64,000 nt of DNA. Origin: Mytilus californianus (Eukaryota). The position numbers were made by a program, and so were the translations under genes. The DNA is taken from positions 9,176,001 to 9,240,000 of the forward strand of contig NW_026262712.1 of assembly GCF_021869535.1 (NCBI RefSeq). The letters run 5' to 3'. The number at the start of each line of letters is the position of its first letter. Within the stretch, counting starts at the first letter, position 1. Under the pieces are notes generated by a model, which searched no databases, was not told the origin of the DNA, and was given only the letters and a program-made list of their open reading frames with translations. Shown piece by piece: positions 41,839 through 53,220 of this stretch.

Positions 41839-42740
41839 AGCTCACCGGGGCCCAAAGGGCCCCATGTGAGCTTATGCCATCACTTGGCGTCCGTCGTCTG
41901 TCGTCGTAAACTATTTCAAAAATCTTCTTCTCTGAAACTACTGGGCCAAATACCTTCAAACTTTAATTAAATGTTCCTTAGGGTATCTAGTTTATAAATT
42001 GTATCCGAAGTTTTGATCCATCGACAAATATGGCCGCCATGGCTATAAATAGAACATAGGGGTCAAATGCAGTTTTTGGCTTATATCTCAAAAACTAAAG
42101 CTTTTAGAGCAAATCTGGCATGGGATAAAATTGTTCAGTTGGTCAAGATCTATCAGCTGTGAAATTTTCAGACGAATCAAACAACCCATTGTTGGGTTGC
42201 TGCCACCGAATTGGTAGTTTTAACAAAATTTTGCAGTTTTTTGTTATTATTTTGAATATTATTATAGATATATATAAACTGTAAGCAACAATAATGTTCA
42301 GCAAAGTAAGATCTACAAAAAAGTTAATATGACCATAATTGTCAATTGACCCCTTAAGGAGTTATTGCCCTTTAAAGACAATTTTACACAATTTGTTCAT
42401 CAAGTTTGCTAACATTTAAAAATCTTCTCCTCTGAAACTACTGGGCCAATTACCTTCAAACATTAACTTAATGTTCCTTAGGGTATCTTGTTTATAAATT
42501 GTATCCGAAGTTTGTATCCATCAACAAACATGGCCGCTATGGCTAAAAATAGAACACAAGGGTCAAATGCAGTTTTTGGCTTATATCTCAAAAACTAAAT
42601 CTTTTAGCAAATGTGACGCGGGGTAAAATTGTTCAGTTGGTCAAGATCTATCAGCTCTGAAATTTTCAGACAAATCGAACAACCCATTGTTGGGTTGCTG
42701 CCGTCGAATTGGTAGTTTTAACAAAAATTTTACAGTTTTT
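41839..42740 (+). mobile_element. HINE-like host element H2, 5' part (~500-bp core repeat, 1.6 copies)
   Basis: 5' end AGCTCACC followed by GGGCCCAAAGGGCCC and GTGAGC. The second core copy stops at TTTTACAGTTTTT. Confidence 0.85.
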
Positions 42741-45700
42741 ATACGATCACAAAAAAATTTTTGTGGTCGTATATTGGTATGACATTGGCGTCGTCGTCGT
42801 CGGCGTCGTCCGAAGACACATTGGTTTTCGCACTCTAACTTTAGTTTAAGTGAATGGATCTCTATGAAATTTTACCACATGGGTCATTACCACAAAAGGA
42901 AGGTAGGGATTGATTTTGGGGGTTATGGTACCAACAGTAAAGGAAAAAGGGGCCAAAAATAAGCATTTTTGTAACTTCCAGACATAACTTGTGTGTTAGT
43001 GTATGGATCTCTCTGACATTGTACCACAAGGTTCCATATCACAAAAGGAATGCTGGGATTGATTTTGGGGGTAATTGCCTCAAAATTTTAGGAATTAGGG
43101 GCCAAAAAAGGGGCAAAAAACAAGCATTTTTCTAGTTTCATGACAATAACTTGTGTTCAAGTGTATGGATCTCTCTGAAATTGTACTGCAAGGTACCATA
43201 CCACAAAGGGAAGGCTGGGATTGATGATGGGGGTAATTGCCTCATTATTTTAGGAATTAGGGGCCAAAAAGGGGCAAAAAACAAGCATTTTTGTGGAGCC
43301 TGCGACTTTTGTCGCAGAAAGCTCGACATAGGGATAGTGATCCGGCGGCGGCGTTAGCTAACTTCTTAAAAGCTTTATATTTTAGAAGGTGGGAGGTCTG
43401 GATGCTTCATACTTTGTATATGGATGCCTCATGTTACGAAGTTTCCGTCAGTCACATGTCCAATGTCCTTGACCTCATTTTCATGGTTCAGTGACTACTT
43501 GAAAAAAAAGTTAAGATTTTTTGTAATGTTAGATTCTCTCTTATTATAAGTAATAGGATAACTATATTTGGTATGTGCGTACCTTGCAAGGTCCTCATGC
43601 CCGTCAGACAGTTTTCACTTGACCTCGACCTCATTTCATGGATCAATGAACAAGGTTAAGTTTTGGTGGTCAAGTCCATATCTCAGATACTATAAGCAAT
43701 AGGTCTAGTATATTCGGTGTATGGAAGGACTGTAAGGTGTACATGTCCAACTGGCAGGTGTCATCTGACCTTGACCTCATTTTCATGGTTCAGTGGTTAT
43801 AGTTAAGTTTTTGTGTTTTGGTCTGTTTTTCTTATACTGTATGCCATAGGTCTTCTATATTTGGTGTATGGAATGATTGTAAGGTGTACATGTCTAGCGG
43901 GCAGGTGTCATCTGACCTTGACCTCATTTTCATGGTTCAGTGGTCAAAGTTAAGTTTTTGAGTTTTGGTCTTTTTTTCTAATACTATATGCAATAGTTCA
44001 ACTATATTTGGTATGTGCGTACCTTGCAAGGTCCTCATGCCCGTCACACAGTTTTCACTTGACCTCGACCTCATTTCATGGATCAATGAACAAGGTTAAG
44101 TTTTGGTGGTCAAGTCCATATCTCAGATACTATAAGCAATAGGTCTAGTATATTCGGTGTATGGAAGGACTGTAAGGTGTACATGTCCAACTGGCAGGTG
44201 TCATCTGACCTTGACCTCATTTTCATGGTTCAGTGGTTATAGTTAAGTTTTTGTGTTTTGGTCTGTTTTTCTTATACTGTATGCCATAGGTCTACTATAT
44301 TTGGTGTATGGAATGATTGCAAGGTGTACATGTCTAGCGGGCAGGTGTCTTCTGACCTTGACCTCATTTTCATGGTTCAGTGGTCAAAGTTAAGTTTTTG
44401 AGTTTTGGTCTTTTTTTCTAATACTTTATGCAATAGGTCATCTATATTTGGTGTATGGAAATATTTTATGATGTACCTATCAGTCTTGCAGGTTTTATTT
44501 GACCTTGACCTCATTTTCACGGTTCATTGCTCAGTGTTAAGTTTTTGTATTTTGGTCTGTTTTTCTAATACTATAAGCAATAGGTCAACTATATTTGTTG
44601 TATGGAAGGATTGCAAGCTGTATTACATGTCTGCCTGGCATTGTTCATCTGACCTTGACCTCATTTTATTGGTTCATTGGTCAATGTTTAGTTTTCTTGG
44701 TTAAGTCTGTATCTTAGAAACTATAAACAATAGGTCAACTATATTTAGTGTATTGAATGATTGTAAGGTGTACATGTATTTCTTGTTTGGTTTATATGAC
44801 CTTGACCTCATTTTCTTGGATCATGTTAAGTGTATGTGATAGTTGTAGTAAAGCTTTATATTTAGGACTATCAACATAATATCAATGATTAGTAAAGAAG
44901 GCGAGACATTTCAGCCTGTGCACTCTTGTTCTAGTTTCAGGACAATAACTTGTGTGTAAGTGTATGGATCTTTCTGAAATTGTACTACAAGGTTCCATAT
45001 CACAAAGGGAAAGCTGGGTTTGAGTTTGGGGGTAATTTCCCTAAATGTTTAGGAATTTGGGGCCAAAAAGGGGCCAAAAAACACATTTTTCTAGTTTCCA
45101 GACAATAACTTGTGTTCAAGTGTATGGATCTCTCTGAAATTATACTGCAAGGTACCATACCACAAAGGGAAGGCTGGGATTGAGTTTGGGGTGATGAATC
45201 ATAAGGGGGTTGAAAAAATTTGGGGGGGGGATTTTTTTTTTTTCCTTTTTTTTCTTTTTTTTCTTTTTTTTTCCTTTTAAAATTTTCCATTTTAAGTTGG
45301 TTATTTCTGATTTATATTTAAAAGCAAATAATAATGATATGGTAGGAGATACACACCAAACAGGATGTGTAAATTATTATATAATAAGTATTGTGCAATA
45401 GCAAGAAATTTTCAATTGTACAGTATTGCACAATAGCAAGAAATCTTCAATTGCACAGTATTGCGCAATAGCAAGAAATCTTCAATTGCACAGTATTGCG
45501 CAATAGCAAGAAATATCCAATAGCACAATATTGCGCAATAGCAAGAAATTGTCAAAATTGTACAGTATTGCGCAATACCAAGAAATATTCAATTGCACAG
45601 TATTGTGCAAAAGAAGATACTTCATATAAATTGCTTATTTCTTGACCAATTTCAATGGGGTTTTATTCTTGAATTCTTGGGGTTCTTTAATATGCTGAAT

Positions 45701-46388
45701 CTAACCGTGTATTAAGTTTTTGGAATTTGGGCCCCGTTTTTAAATTGGTCCACATTGAGGTCCAAAGGGTTCAAAATTAAACTTTGTTTGATTTCATCAA
45801 AAATTGAATTATTGGGGTTCTTTGATATGCCGAATCTAACCATGTATTAAGATTCTTAATTTTTGGTTCCGTTTTCAAATTGATCTACATTAAGGTCCAA
45901 AGGGTCCAAAATTAAACTTAGTTTGATTTTAACAAAAATTGAATTCTTAGGGTTCTTTGATATGCTGAATCTAAACATGTATTTAGATTTTTGATTATGG
46001 GCCCAGTTTTCAAGTTGGTCCAAATCGGGGTCCAAAATTAAACTTTGTTTGATTTCAACAAAAATTGAATATATGGGGTTCTATGATATGCTGAATCTAA
46101 CCATGTATTTAGATTTTTGTTTTTTCGGCCCCGTTATCAACTTTGTCCACATTGAGGTCAAAAGGGTTTAAAATTAAACTTTGTTTGATTTCATCAAAAA
46201 TTGAATTCTTGGGGTTCTTTGATATGGTGAATCTAACCATGTATTTAGATTTGGGTTATTGGACCAATATTTAATCACAATACAAATTCAGAGCTGTATC
46301 AAGCTTGAATGTTGTGTCCATACTTGCCCCAACTGTTCAGGGTTTGACCTCTGCGGTCGTATCAAGCTGCGCCCTGCGGAGCATTTTA
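42741..46388 (+). mobile_element. HINE family E, copy E3 (with nested element H3)
   Basis: 5' ATACGATCAC...GTGGTCGTATA palindrome and 3' TGCGGTCGTATCAAGCTGCGCCCTGCGGAGCATTTTA. Same internal arrays as E1 and E5. Confidence 0.87.
43293..44928 (+). mobile_element. HINE-like element H3 nested in E3
   Basis: Splits CAAGCATTTTT|CTAG in an E3 core unit. 5' GAGCCTGCGAC-TTTT-GTCGCAGAAAGCTC hairpin, ~137-bp GACCTTGACCTCATTTTCATGG repeats, 3' AGGCGAGACA. Confidence 0.85.
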
Positions 46389-46910
46389 TTAAAATTTTAA
46401 TAACTTTCTTATACTATTTTGGATTTGTACCAAACTTGGACAGAAGCTTGTTTATGATCAAAAGCTAGTATCTAGAAGGAAATTTTGTAAAAAAAATAAA
46501 TCCGTTTTTTCCGTATTTTACTTTTAAATGGACTTAGATTTTCTGCCAGGAAACAACATATTCACTCTGTGGTTAAAGTTTTTAAAATTTTAATAACTTT
46601 CTTATACTATTTTGGATTTGTACCAAACTTGGACAGAAGCTTGTTTATGATCAAATGCTAGTATCTAGAAAGAAATTTTGTTTTCTTCCAGTTAACATTA
46701 CATTCAGTCTGCAGTTAAAGTTTTTAAACATTTATTAGATTCATAAACTATCCTGGATTTTTACCAAACTTGGACAGAAGCTTCTTACAATCAAAAGATA
46801 GTATCGAGAGGAATATTTTTATTGATTTACCTTCTCATTTTTGTTGAGCCTGCGATTAACAGAAAAAGTAGGCGAGACACTGGGTTCCTCTGAACCCTTA
46901 CGAATTTTTA
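46389..46910 (+). mobile_element. Orphan 3' half of another HINE-like element (H4)
   Basis: Two core units AAAATTTTAATAACTTTCTTATACTATTTTGGATTTGTACC and a 3' end with AGGCGAGACA. No 5' half is present upstream. Confidence 0.7.
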
Positions 46911-47414
46911 AACATCATAAGAAAAGTTTTTCAGAAAATGTGAATATTAGTTAATTCTTTGTGACACTGACTGTGACATCTTTGATTGAAGTGACGTCAG
47001 AAGAGAGATTTGTCAAATTCTTATCTAAAAAGTAAGAATGTTTTGGCTAAGTTTAACTTAGAGCACAAATGTTGCCCAAAATAATCTTGTTCCAGTGAAA
47101 AGTTAAACACAAAGTAAACTAACTTTTTAAATATCTTTTTTGGAGACGGTTTTGCTATTTATTTTCTCTAATTTTTGTGCTATTTTCACATTTCTTGATC
47201 GGTGTGAGAAAAATATTTCTCCTCACTAGTGAAATATCTGTTCTCGGCAAATGATTGGTCAAAATTTAATTATGATGTAAAATTTTCTTGGTTTCCTCTG
47301 AATTTCCTATCGTGACGTCATGAAAAAAGGCGACCATGCCTGATGACGTCACATATAAAGAACACAACATTCTGCAAATCTTTGAAAAGGAAGGATAAAA
47401 ATCATTAGAGAAAC

Positions 47415-47575
47415 AGATTCTACCACTATAAATCGTGAATTACGATATTTCTCCACTCTCAGCAGTTAAATTTTGATTATTTAAAAAGCTCGGCAAGCCT
47501 TGTGCTTTAAATATTAAAATTAAACTGTCTCGAGTGGAGAAATATCGTAACAAACTTGTTGCAGTGGTGGAATCT
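47415..47575. repeat. Foldback (MITE-like) inverted repeat
   Basis: AGATTCTACCACT...TTACGATATTTCTCCACTC pairs with GAGTGGAGAAATATCGTAA...AGTGGTGGAATCT. Confidence 0.7.
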
Positions 47576-47893
47576 ATATATTTCTAACCATGAACAAGTC
47601 AAATAGTCAAGATTTTCAAAATTTCACCATTTAACTGAATTGACTGCCATTTCATGGCTGTTACTATTATAGGTATAGAACCACTAATTCGGGACGGTCA
47701 GAAGGAACAAAAAATTGCATGAAAGAAGTACATATTTTAAACAAAATTGTTCCTATGCATAGCTGTAACTTTGTCAATAAGTAAAATATTTGGAAAATTT
47801 TGGTATCAAATATATGACAGGTGCACAGACTGGCTGTATCTTCAAATCCCTCTTACTTCAAGGCCAACTTATTTCTGTTTTTATTTTTCTCAG

Positions 47894-48077
47894 GATCAGG
47901 AGGCAGCAGTGTATTTGGTTACATTGTAGACGGACATTTCCGTGGAACCATCAGAATCCCACAGGACACTACATATCATATAGAACCAGTAAAACGATTC
48001 ATTGGTAGAGTCAAGTTACTTCCTAAATCACATACTATTATTTATAAGGAGGAACATATAGATTTAGATCCACACAG
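47894..48077 (+). CDS. ADAM10: ADAM10/Kuzbanian-like exon A (prodomain; phase 1 to 2)
   Basis: SGGSSVFGYIVDGHFRGTIRIPQDTTYHIEPVKRFIG...SHTIIYKEEHI resembles the ADAM10 prodomain (SVIDGRFEGFI...FYVEPAERYI...HSVIYHE). TTTTTCTCAG acceptor, GTAATA donor. Confidence 0.88.
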
Positions 48078-48356
48078 GTAATATGAATACCAGCTACTGT
48101 GGCCAAACAAAACAATACTTACTCATGGTTTGATTTGTCGCTTTTTTTACACACTAATCCTCACCCTTTACATTCTAGGAGTGGAAGCTCTACTGCTTCA
48201 TTACAAATATTTCTGTCACACTTTTATCAAGTACTGCTTAACAGAAAGCCATCAAATTTGGTCAGCAGCTTCAAGGTGATGAGTTGTAATGTGTGAGCAC
48301 TGTTCAGATCTGTCGAGACATTTACATCCTGTTTGCGGATACTTAGAATTTTTCAA

Positions 48357-49073
48357 TACCGTATAGCGGGTAATTTTCGCTTATTATGGTGGTTAAATGA
48401 AAATCGCAAAAATAAATTCTGCCAAAATTTATATACATATGCATACGTTCAGTACTTCCTAATAGGTAAAGCATTTTGTGAACAATCTATTTCTTTCTGG
48501 TAGGCAGGTTGATAACTGTATATGTTAGTTTTAACAACTAACATGCCAAAGGGTATTGTTCATATATGTATTTTCTAAAATGAGGTCGTGAGTTCTAATT
48601 AAACTGTAAACCCTTATTAATTAGTGTCAAATAATTAAATAGTGCAAGGTACTCTGTCAGGTATTTTACCCTTATTAATTAGTGTCAAATTATAAAAGAG
48701 TTGTCAGTTCACTCTTGATAATTTTATAACCTAATCAGTACATCAAAGGTACGGTCAATTTCTTAACTAATCAACTGTAACATTTACAAGTAGTTTGTAC
48801 ACCTGTGACAAATATCTAAGTTACCAGTATTCTTTTGATTAACTGTACCAGAATATAATCAATAAATAAGACGTCAATCAGGTAGAAAAAATATTTTATC
48901 ATTACAATATTTGATTCACTTTTGTTTACTGCAACCATTTCAGTATCCACCAAAATATTTAATTGGCAATTAAGAATCCACCAAAAATAAAAACCGCCAA
49001 AATTTTTTCGTATACTTATTTGCCCCTAAATAGCGAAATTTTACACCCGCGAAAAAACACCCCCTTTAGGGTA
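48357..49073. mobile_element. Probable TA-flanked MITE in an ADAM10 intron
   Basis: Imperfect terminal inverted repeats TACCGTATAGCGGGTAATTTTCGC and GCGAAAAAACACCCCCTTTAGGGTA. Confidence 0.5.
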
Positions 49074-49179
49074 TGTTAATTGAACTGAACTGAATTTCAG
49101 CTTGTGGTATAACAAAAGGTACATTCATTTTTAACAATGTGCAATAAACAAATCAGTACAAAAAACCCCACTTAATATA

Positions 49180-49305
49180 AAAAGCAGAAAATGTGGTATG
49201 ATTGCCAATGAGACAACTCTCCACCAGAGACCAAATGACGTAGAAGTTAACAATTATAGGTCACTGTACAGCCTTCAACAATGAGCAAAACCCATACTGC
49301 ATAGC
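49180..49305 (+). repeat. Short dispersed repeat (SINE-like fragment)
   Basis: ATGTGGTATGATTGCCAATGAGACAACTCTCCAC... is recalled as a common mussel interspersed repeat. Not verified by search. Confidence 0.45.
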
Positions 49306-49465
49306 AAATTAAAAAAAATAACACTATTATGAACAAAGACATGAAAGACACATTTTGAAATAAATGACTAATCAACAATATATCCAATTATGTCTGTTGC
49401 AGTACATACTCTACTGATATACCATCCTTTACTAGTTATGTCATCATCGATTTATATTATTATAG

Positions 49466-49583
49466 GTTAAGAAGAGAAGCAGAAAATGCAGTTGCTTCTT
49501 GTGGAAATGGTAACAGGCAAGTTCATGAATGGATGGAAACTGTTGCTAATTCAGCTGACACAGAAAACTACAGAGTCAGAAGG
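49466..49583 (+). CDS. ADAM10: ADAM10-like exon B (cysteine-switch region; phase 2 to 0)
   Basis: LRREAENAVASCGNGNRQVHEWMETVANSADTENYRVRR, with AG/GT boundaries in phase with exons A and C. Confidence 0.8.
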
Positions 49584-50445
49584 GTAACTGCAATTAGTTT
49601 TGTCCATATTATAAAATTCCTAGAAAAGATAGATTCAGTAAACTGTGCCACTTGCTGGAGGATGAAAACACTTCCTCCTAGAATGTAAAATCATTAAAAA
49701 TTTTAGGGAAAATCCATAGGAAAATATTTCATCTGTTATACCTTATTTTAAAGGTTTATATAAAGAAAAGAAAGAATGTTTTGAGCTGAACTGTTCTTTT
49801 ATTGCTAAAATATATGAAATGCAGAATAAAATGTTCGACATAAAATGAATAGTTATGATGAAAATAATACTTTACAAAAAATAAAACTTAGTCTGGATAG
49901 AGAATTTTATTTGGCTTCTCATTACTTCTTTTCATGAAAATGCTTTACTAAATTGAGAATTTGTGACCATAATCTAGAAATAGAGAAGGGTGGCTATTAT
50001 AAAATTCCTAGAAAGGATAAACTCAGTAAGCTGTGCCACTTGCTGGGGGATGAAAACACTCCCTCGAATGTAAAATCAACAAAACATATATGGACAATTC
50101 ATTGGAAAATTGCTTACCTACTAATAATTTTATGTTTTTCACTAAAGAACAAAGGATGAAAGAAATTCTCAACCCTTCTACGATGGAACTTACAAAGTTA
50201 TTGGCTCCTTTTTAAAACAGTCATTAAAACTGAGGGCAGAAGTTAAATAATTGTTCATGTTTTCAGTTACTATCAATTAAAATTTTATTTCTTTGTTATA
50301 TTTTGTTTTTATTCTTTGTCACCAACAGTCACATGTCAATATTACAATAAAGTACTGCTGTACTATGATGCTTTAAGCAAATCTTCAGCAAACATAATTA
50401 GGTAAACTTTAGTAAGTAGTTATATGAGATTTACTTTTTTTTCAG

Positions 50446-50601
50446 TCCTACTCTGAAGATAAAGAAGACTTTTCCTACCATAACAAATATTCTGAAGTTC
50501 TGAACAGACAGAAGCGTGGAACACTTGTTGGTAAAAATGCATGTTTCCTATTCATGCAGGCAGATCCTAAATTATACAACAAGGTTTTTTCAGCTTATAA
50601 T
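50446..50601 (+). CDS. ADAM10: ADAM10-like exon C (furin site RQKR and start of metalloprotease domain; phase 0 to 0)
   Basis: ...VLNRQKRGTLVGKNACFLFMQADPKLYNKVF resembles ADAM10 LLRKKR...KNTCQLYIQTDHLFF. TTTTTCAG acceptor, GTAAGT donor. Confidence 0.88.
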
Positions 50602-51293
50602 GTAAGTAAAATGCTATATGGTGATTTGATTTTTTTGGTTATGTGGGGATGGGGAAGGGGAGAGGAAGAAGAGGATTAAAACTAACCAGCAGTCAATATG
50701 CACTACTTGACACCTGCTTATTTCTTATGTTCTGTAGGTTGCACAAACCACACCTCTTTTGGGGAGTTATATAATATCCATAGATAAATTGTTTTGTTTA
50801 CATACTGGATCCCAGATATGATCTCTATGTTTTATCTCATATAGACATAACTTAGGAATGTTACCAGTATAAATAAAAAAAATATATATAGCGTCAGCCT
50901 TGAATTCTGAGGGAGACCAAAAGTGAAGGTAGGGGTTGTACAGAATTTAAATACAAGTTAAAACTCTTAGAAGTTCATATAAATGTTGAAAATATGCCGC
51001 ACAGCCCTTTATTTTGACCTTTGAAAAAGTAGTAGTGCATATGAGCTTTCCATTCTAGGATATACTTTTTTTCAAAACTTTATAGTAAAAGTGGCACAGT
51101 TTTAGCTGTAAAAGGAGTTCCTATGGGAAATGGCATTGTCTGTATTTACAGAAATGCAACCTGTAGTGAGCACAACAGTGTGTTTTCTCAGATGGCATCA
51201 TTAGCGCAATTGGCTTAACTTAAAGGGCAGCCTTTATTTCAGCAACAAATAATCCATGCATTGAAGCAATCTCAAAATCAGTACATATTTGCC

Positions 51294-51506
51294 TACTGAG
51301 GATTCATTTATTTTTGTTAGTAACAATCTTCATGGATTGAGAAAAACTTGCATGTTAGTTGAAAATTGATTTCACAGTTTTGCCAAGTTCTGCATACAAA
51401 GCCTAAAGAAAATTTGTAATTTGTTGAACATTTAAATTTGTGGTTCACTTAAATTCACTAAAGCCACATTAATTGGTATCCAAGGAATAATAATGAATCC
51501 GCAGTA
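51294..51506. mobile_element. TA-flanked MITE
   Basis: TACTGAGGATTCATTTATT ... AATAATAATGAATCCGCAGTA terminal inverted repeats. Confidence 0.7.
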
Positions 51507-51717
51507 TTTGAGAAAAATTTATTGAAAACTGTCACAAAATGTTAAAATTGCCTGTGCACTTAAATAAAATTGCAGATAAAAATGTACATCATTAGTCACA
51601 ATCAACTGATCTTATATTTTTTTAAGCAAATATACTTTTTATATAAAAAACTGAAAGTAAAAGAGAATATATATAAAAGAAAAGTGGTTGTATCAACATT
51701 AACATTTATCTTTGCAG

Positions 51718-51864
51718 AATGATGTGTTAGCTAAAGAAGATATTGTAGGAACATTTGCATCCCATGTTGATGCCATTAACACCATCTACTCAAACACAGT
51801 GTTTAAAACATTTGACAACTCAATAAACTACTCAGGAGTAAGATTTAAAATCCAGAGAACTAAA
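51718..51864 (+). CDS. ADAM10: ADAM10-like exon D (metalloprotease N-terminal part; phase 0 to 0)
   Basis: NDVLAKEDIVGTFASHVDAINTIYSNTVF...SGVRFKIQRTK resembles ADAM10 [37 protein letters not shown] acceptor, GTGAGT donor. Confidence 0.88.
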
Positions 51865-52028
51865 GTGAGTACAAATTAGAATTTACGGTAGCAAGTCAGC
51901 AAACTAGGGTAAAGTATCAGAGAGTAAATTTGAAAGGCAGTTATAGGAACTGAATGTTGGTGTTTATGAAACCAAATTCAGATGCTGTTAATTAAGACAT
52001 TTTGCATGCATTTATTATTATGATTTTT

Positions 52029-52675
52029 ATACAACCGCAAAAATTAAAATTTTTTATATATGACCGTAAAACTTAAAAATTTTTTGGTCGTATATTGGTA
52101 TCACGTTGTTGTCGTCGTCAGCGTCTTCCGAAGACAGATGGTTTCCAGATAATAACTTTAGTATAAGTAAATAGAAATCAATAAAATTTTAACACAAGGT
52201 TTATAACCACTAAAGGAAGGTTGGGATTGGGAATAAGGGAAAGGAGGGAGGTGAAAAAAATTGGAGGGGGGGGGGGACAATTTTTCTCATTTCAGATTTC
52301 AGAAATTAAAAGAAAATTTCTTCAAAGATTTATTTTGGGGGGTTAATATTCAACAGCATAGTGTATTGCACAAAAGCAAAAAACCAGGGTAAAATAATTT
52401 TTTTTTGGTTAGGTGGGGGGGGGGGGGGGGGTCAATTCGCAACAGCATAGTGTATTGCACAAAAGCAATAAATTGAATATAAATTCAAATCATATAACCA
52501 ATTTGAAGTTCTTTGACTACAGTTATTCTGTGTCAGAAACCTATTATGTGTCAAAAATTTAGTTACAATCCAAATTCAGACCTGTATCAAGCATGAATAT
52601 TGTGTCCATTTTGGCCCAACTTTTCAGGGTTGGACATCTGCGGTCGTATCCAGCTGCGCTCAGCGAAGCAATTTA
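52029..52675 (+). mobile_element. Short internally deleted HINE family E, copy E4 (doubled 5' end)
   Basis: ATACAACCGCA... then ATATGACCGTA...GGTCGTATA at the 5' end. 3' end TGCGGTCGTATCCAGCTGCGCTCAGCGAAGCAATTTA. Confidence 0.82.
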
Positions 52676-52909
52676 TTTGTTATTATTTTGAATATTATTA
52701 TAGATATATATAAACTGTAAGCAGCAATAATGTTCAGCAAAGTAAAATCTACAAAAAAGTTAATATGACCAAAATTGTCAATTGACCCCTTAAGGAGTTA
52801 TTGCCCTTTAAAGACAATTTTACACAATTTGTTCATCAAGTTTGCTAACATTTAAAAGTCTTCTCCTCTGAAATGCAGGTGAGCGATTCAGGCTCTTGAG
52901 AGCCTCTTG
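52676..52909 (+). mobile_element. Host element H2, 3' part
   Basis: Continues the H2 core exactly where it stopped at 42740 (compare 42241-42430). Ends with subTIR GGTGAGC and hairpin AGGCTC-TTGA-GAGCCT. Confidence 0.85.
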
Positions 52910-53220
52910 TTTGATAACTTATAAACGGTCAAGATTCCCACCCAGAAACCATATATATTCTTGTATGGAACAATATATCAAATCAAATGAAATATAGGGG
53001 AAGTCCACGGGGGTAAACACTACCCCCTTCTTTTTTGAAAACTTGTAAACGGTTAAGATCCCCACCCCTAAACCATATATATTCTTGTATGGGACAATAA
53101 AATAAAGCAAATTAAATTTAGGGGAAGTCCCCTGGGGTAGCCCCTACTCTCCTTTTTTTTTGAAAACTTGTAAACGGTCAAGATCCCCGCCCCTAAACCG
53201 TATATATCCTTGTATGGGAC
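52910..53220 (+). repeat. Satellite S (continuation after H2)
   Basis: ~120-bp units resume at GATAACTTATAAACGGTCAAGAT. Confidence 0.8.

Larger units (their letters stand above)
42741..52675 (+). mobile_element. Composite HINE-bounded transposon (E3 + 5.6-kb cargo + E4) carrying ADAM10-like exons
   Basis: The left flank (H2 core ...CAGTTTTT) and right flank (TTTGTTATTATTTTGAATATT..., continuing the H2 core) join into one uninterrupted H2 unit. Confidence 0.8.

Noticed and set aside
46990-47352. Cluster of TGACGTCA (CRE-like) motifs as a promoter
   Set aside because: It lies in repeat-like intronic cargo with no supporting start site. The same motif recurs in other repeats (60954, 62382).
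47894-51864. Complete native ADAM10 gene
   Set aside because: No signal-peptide, HEXXH, disintegrin or TM exons were found in the window, and both sides are bounded by a split host repeat. Not fully excluded without a genome search.
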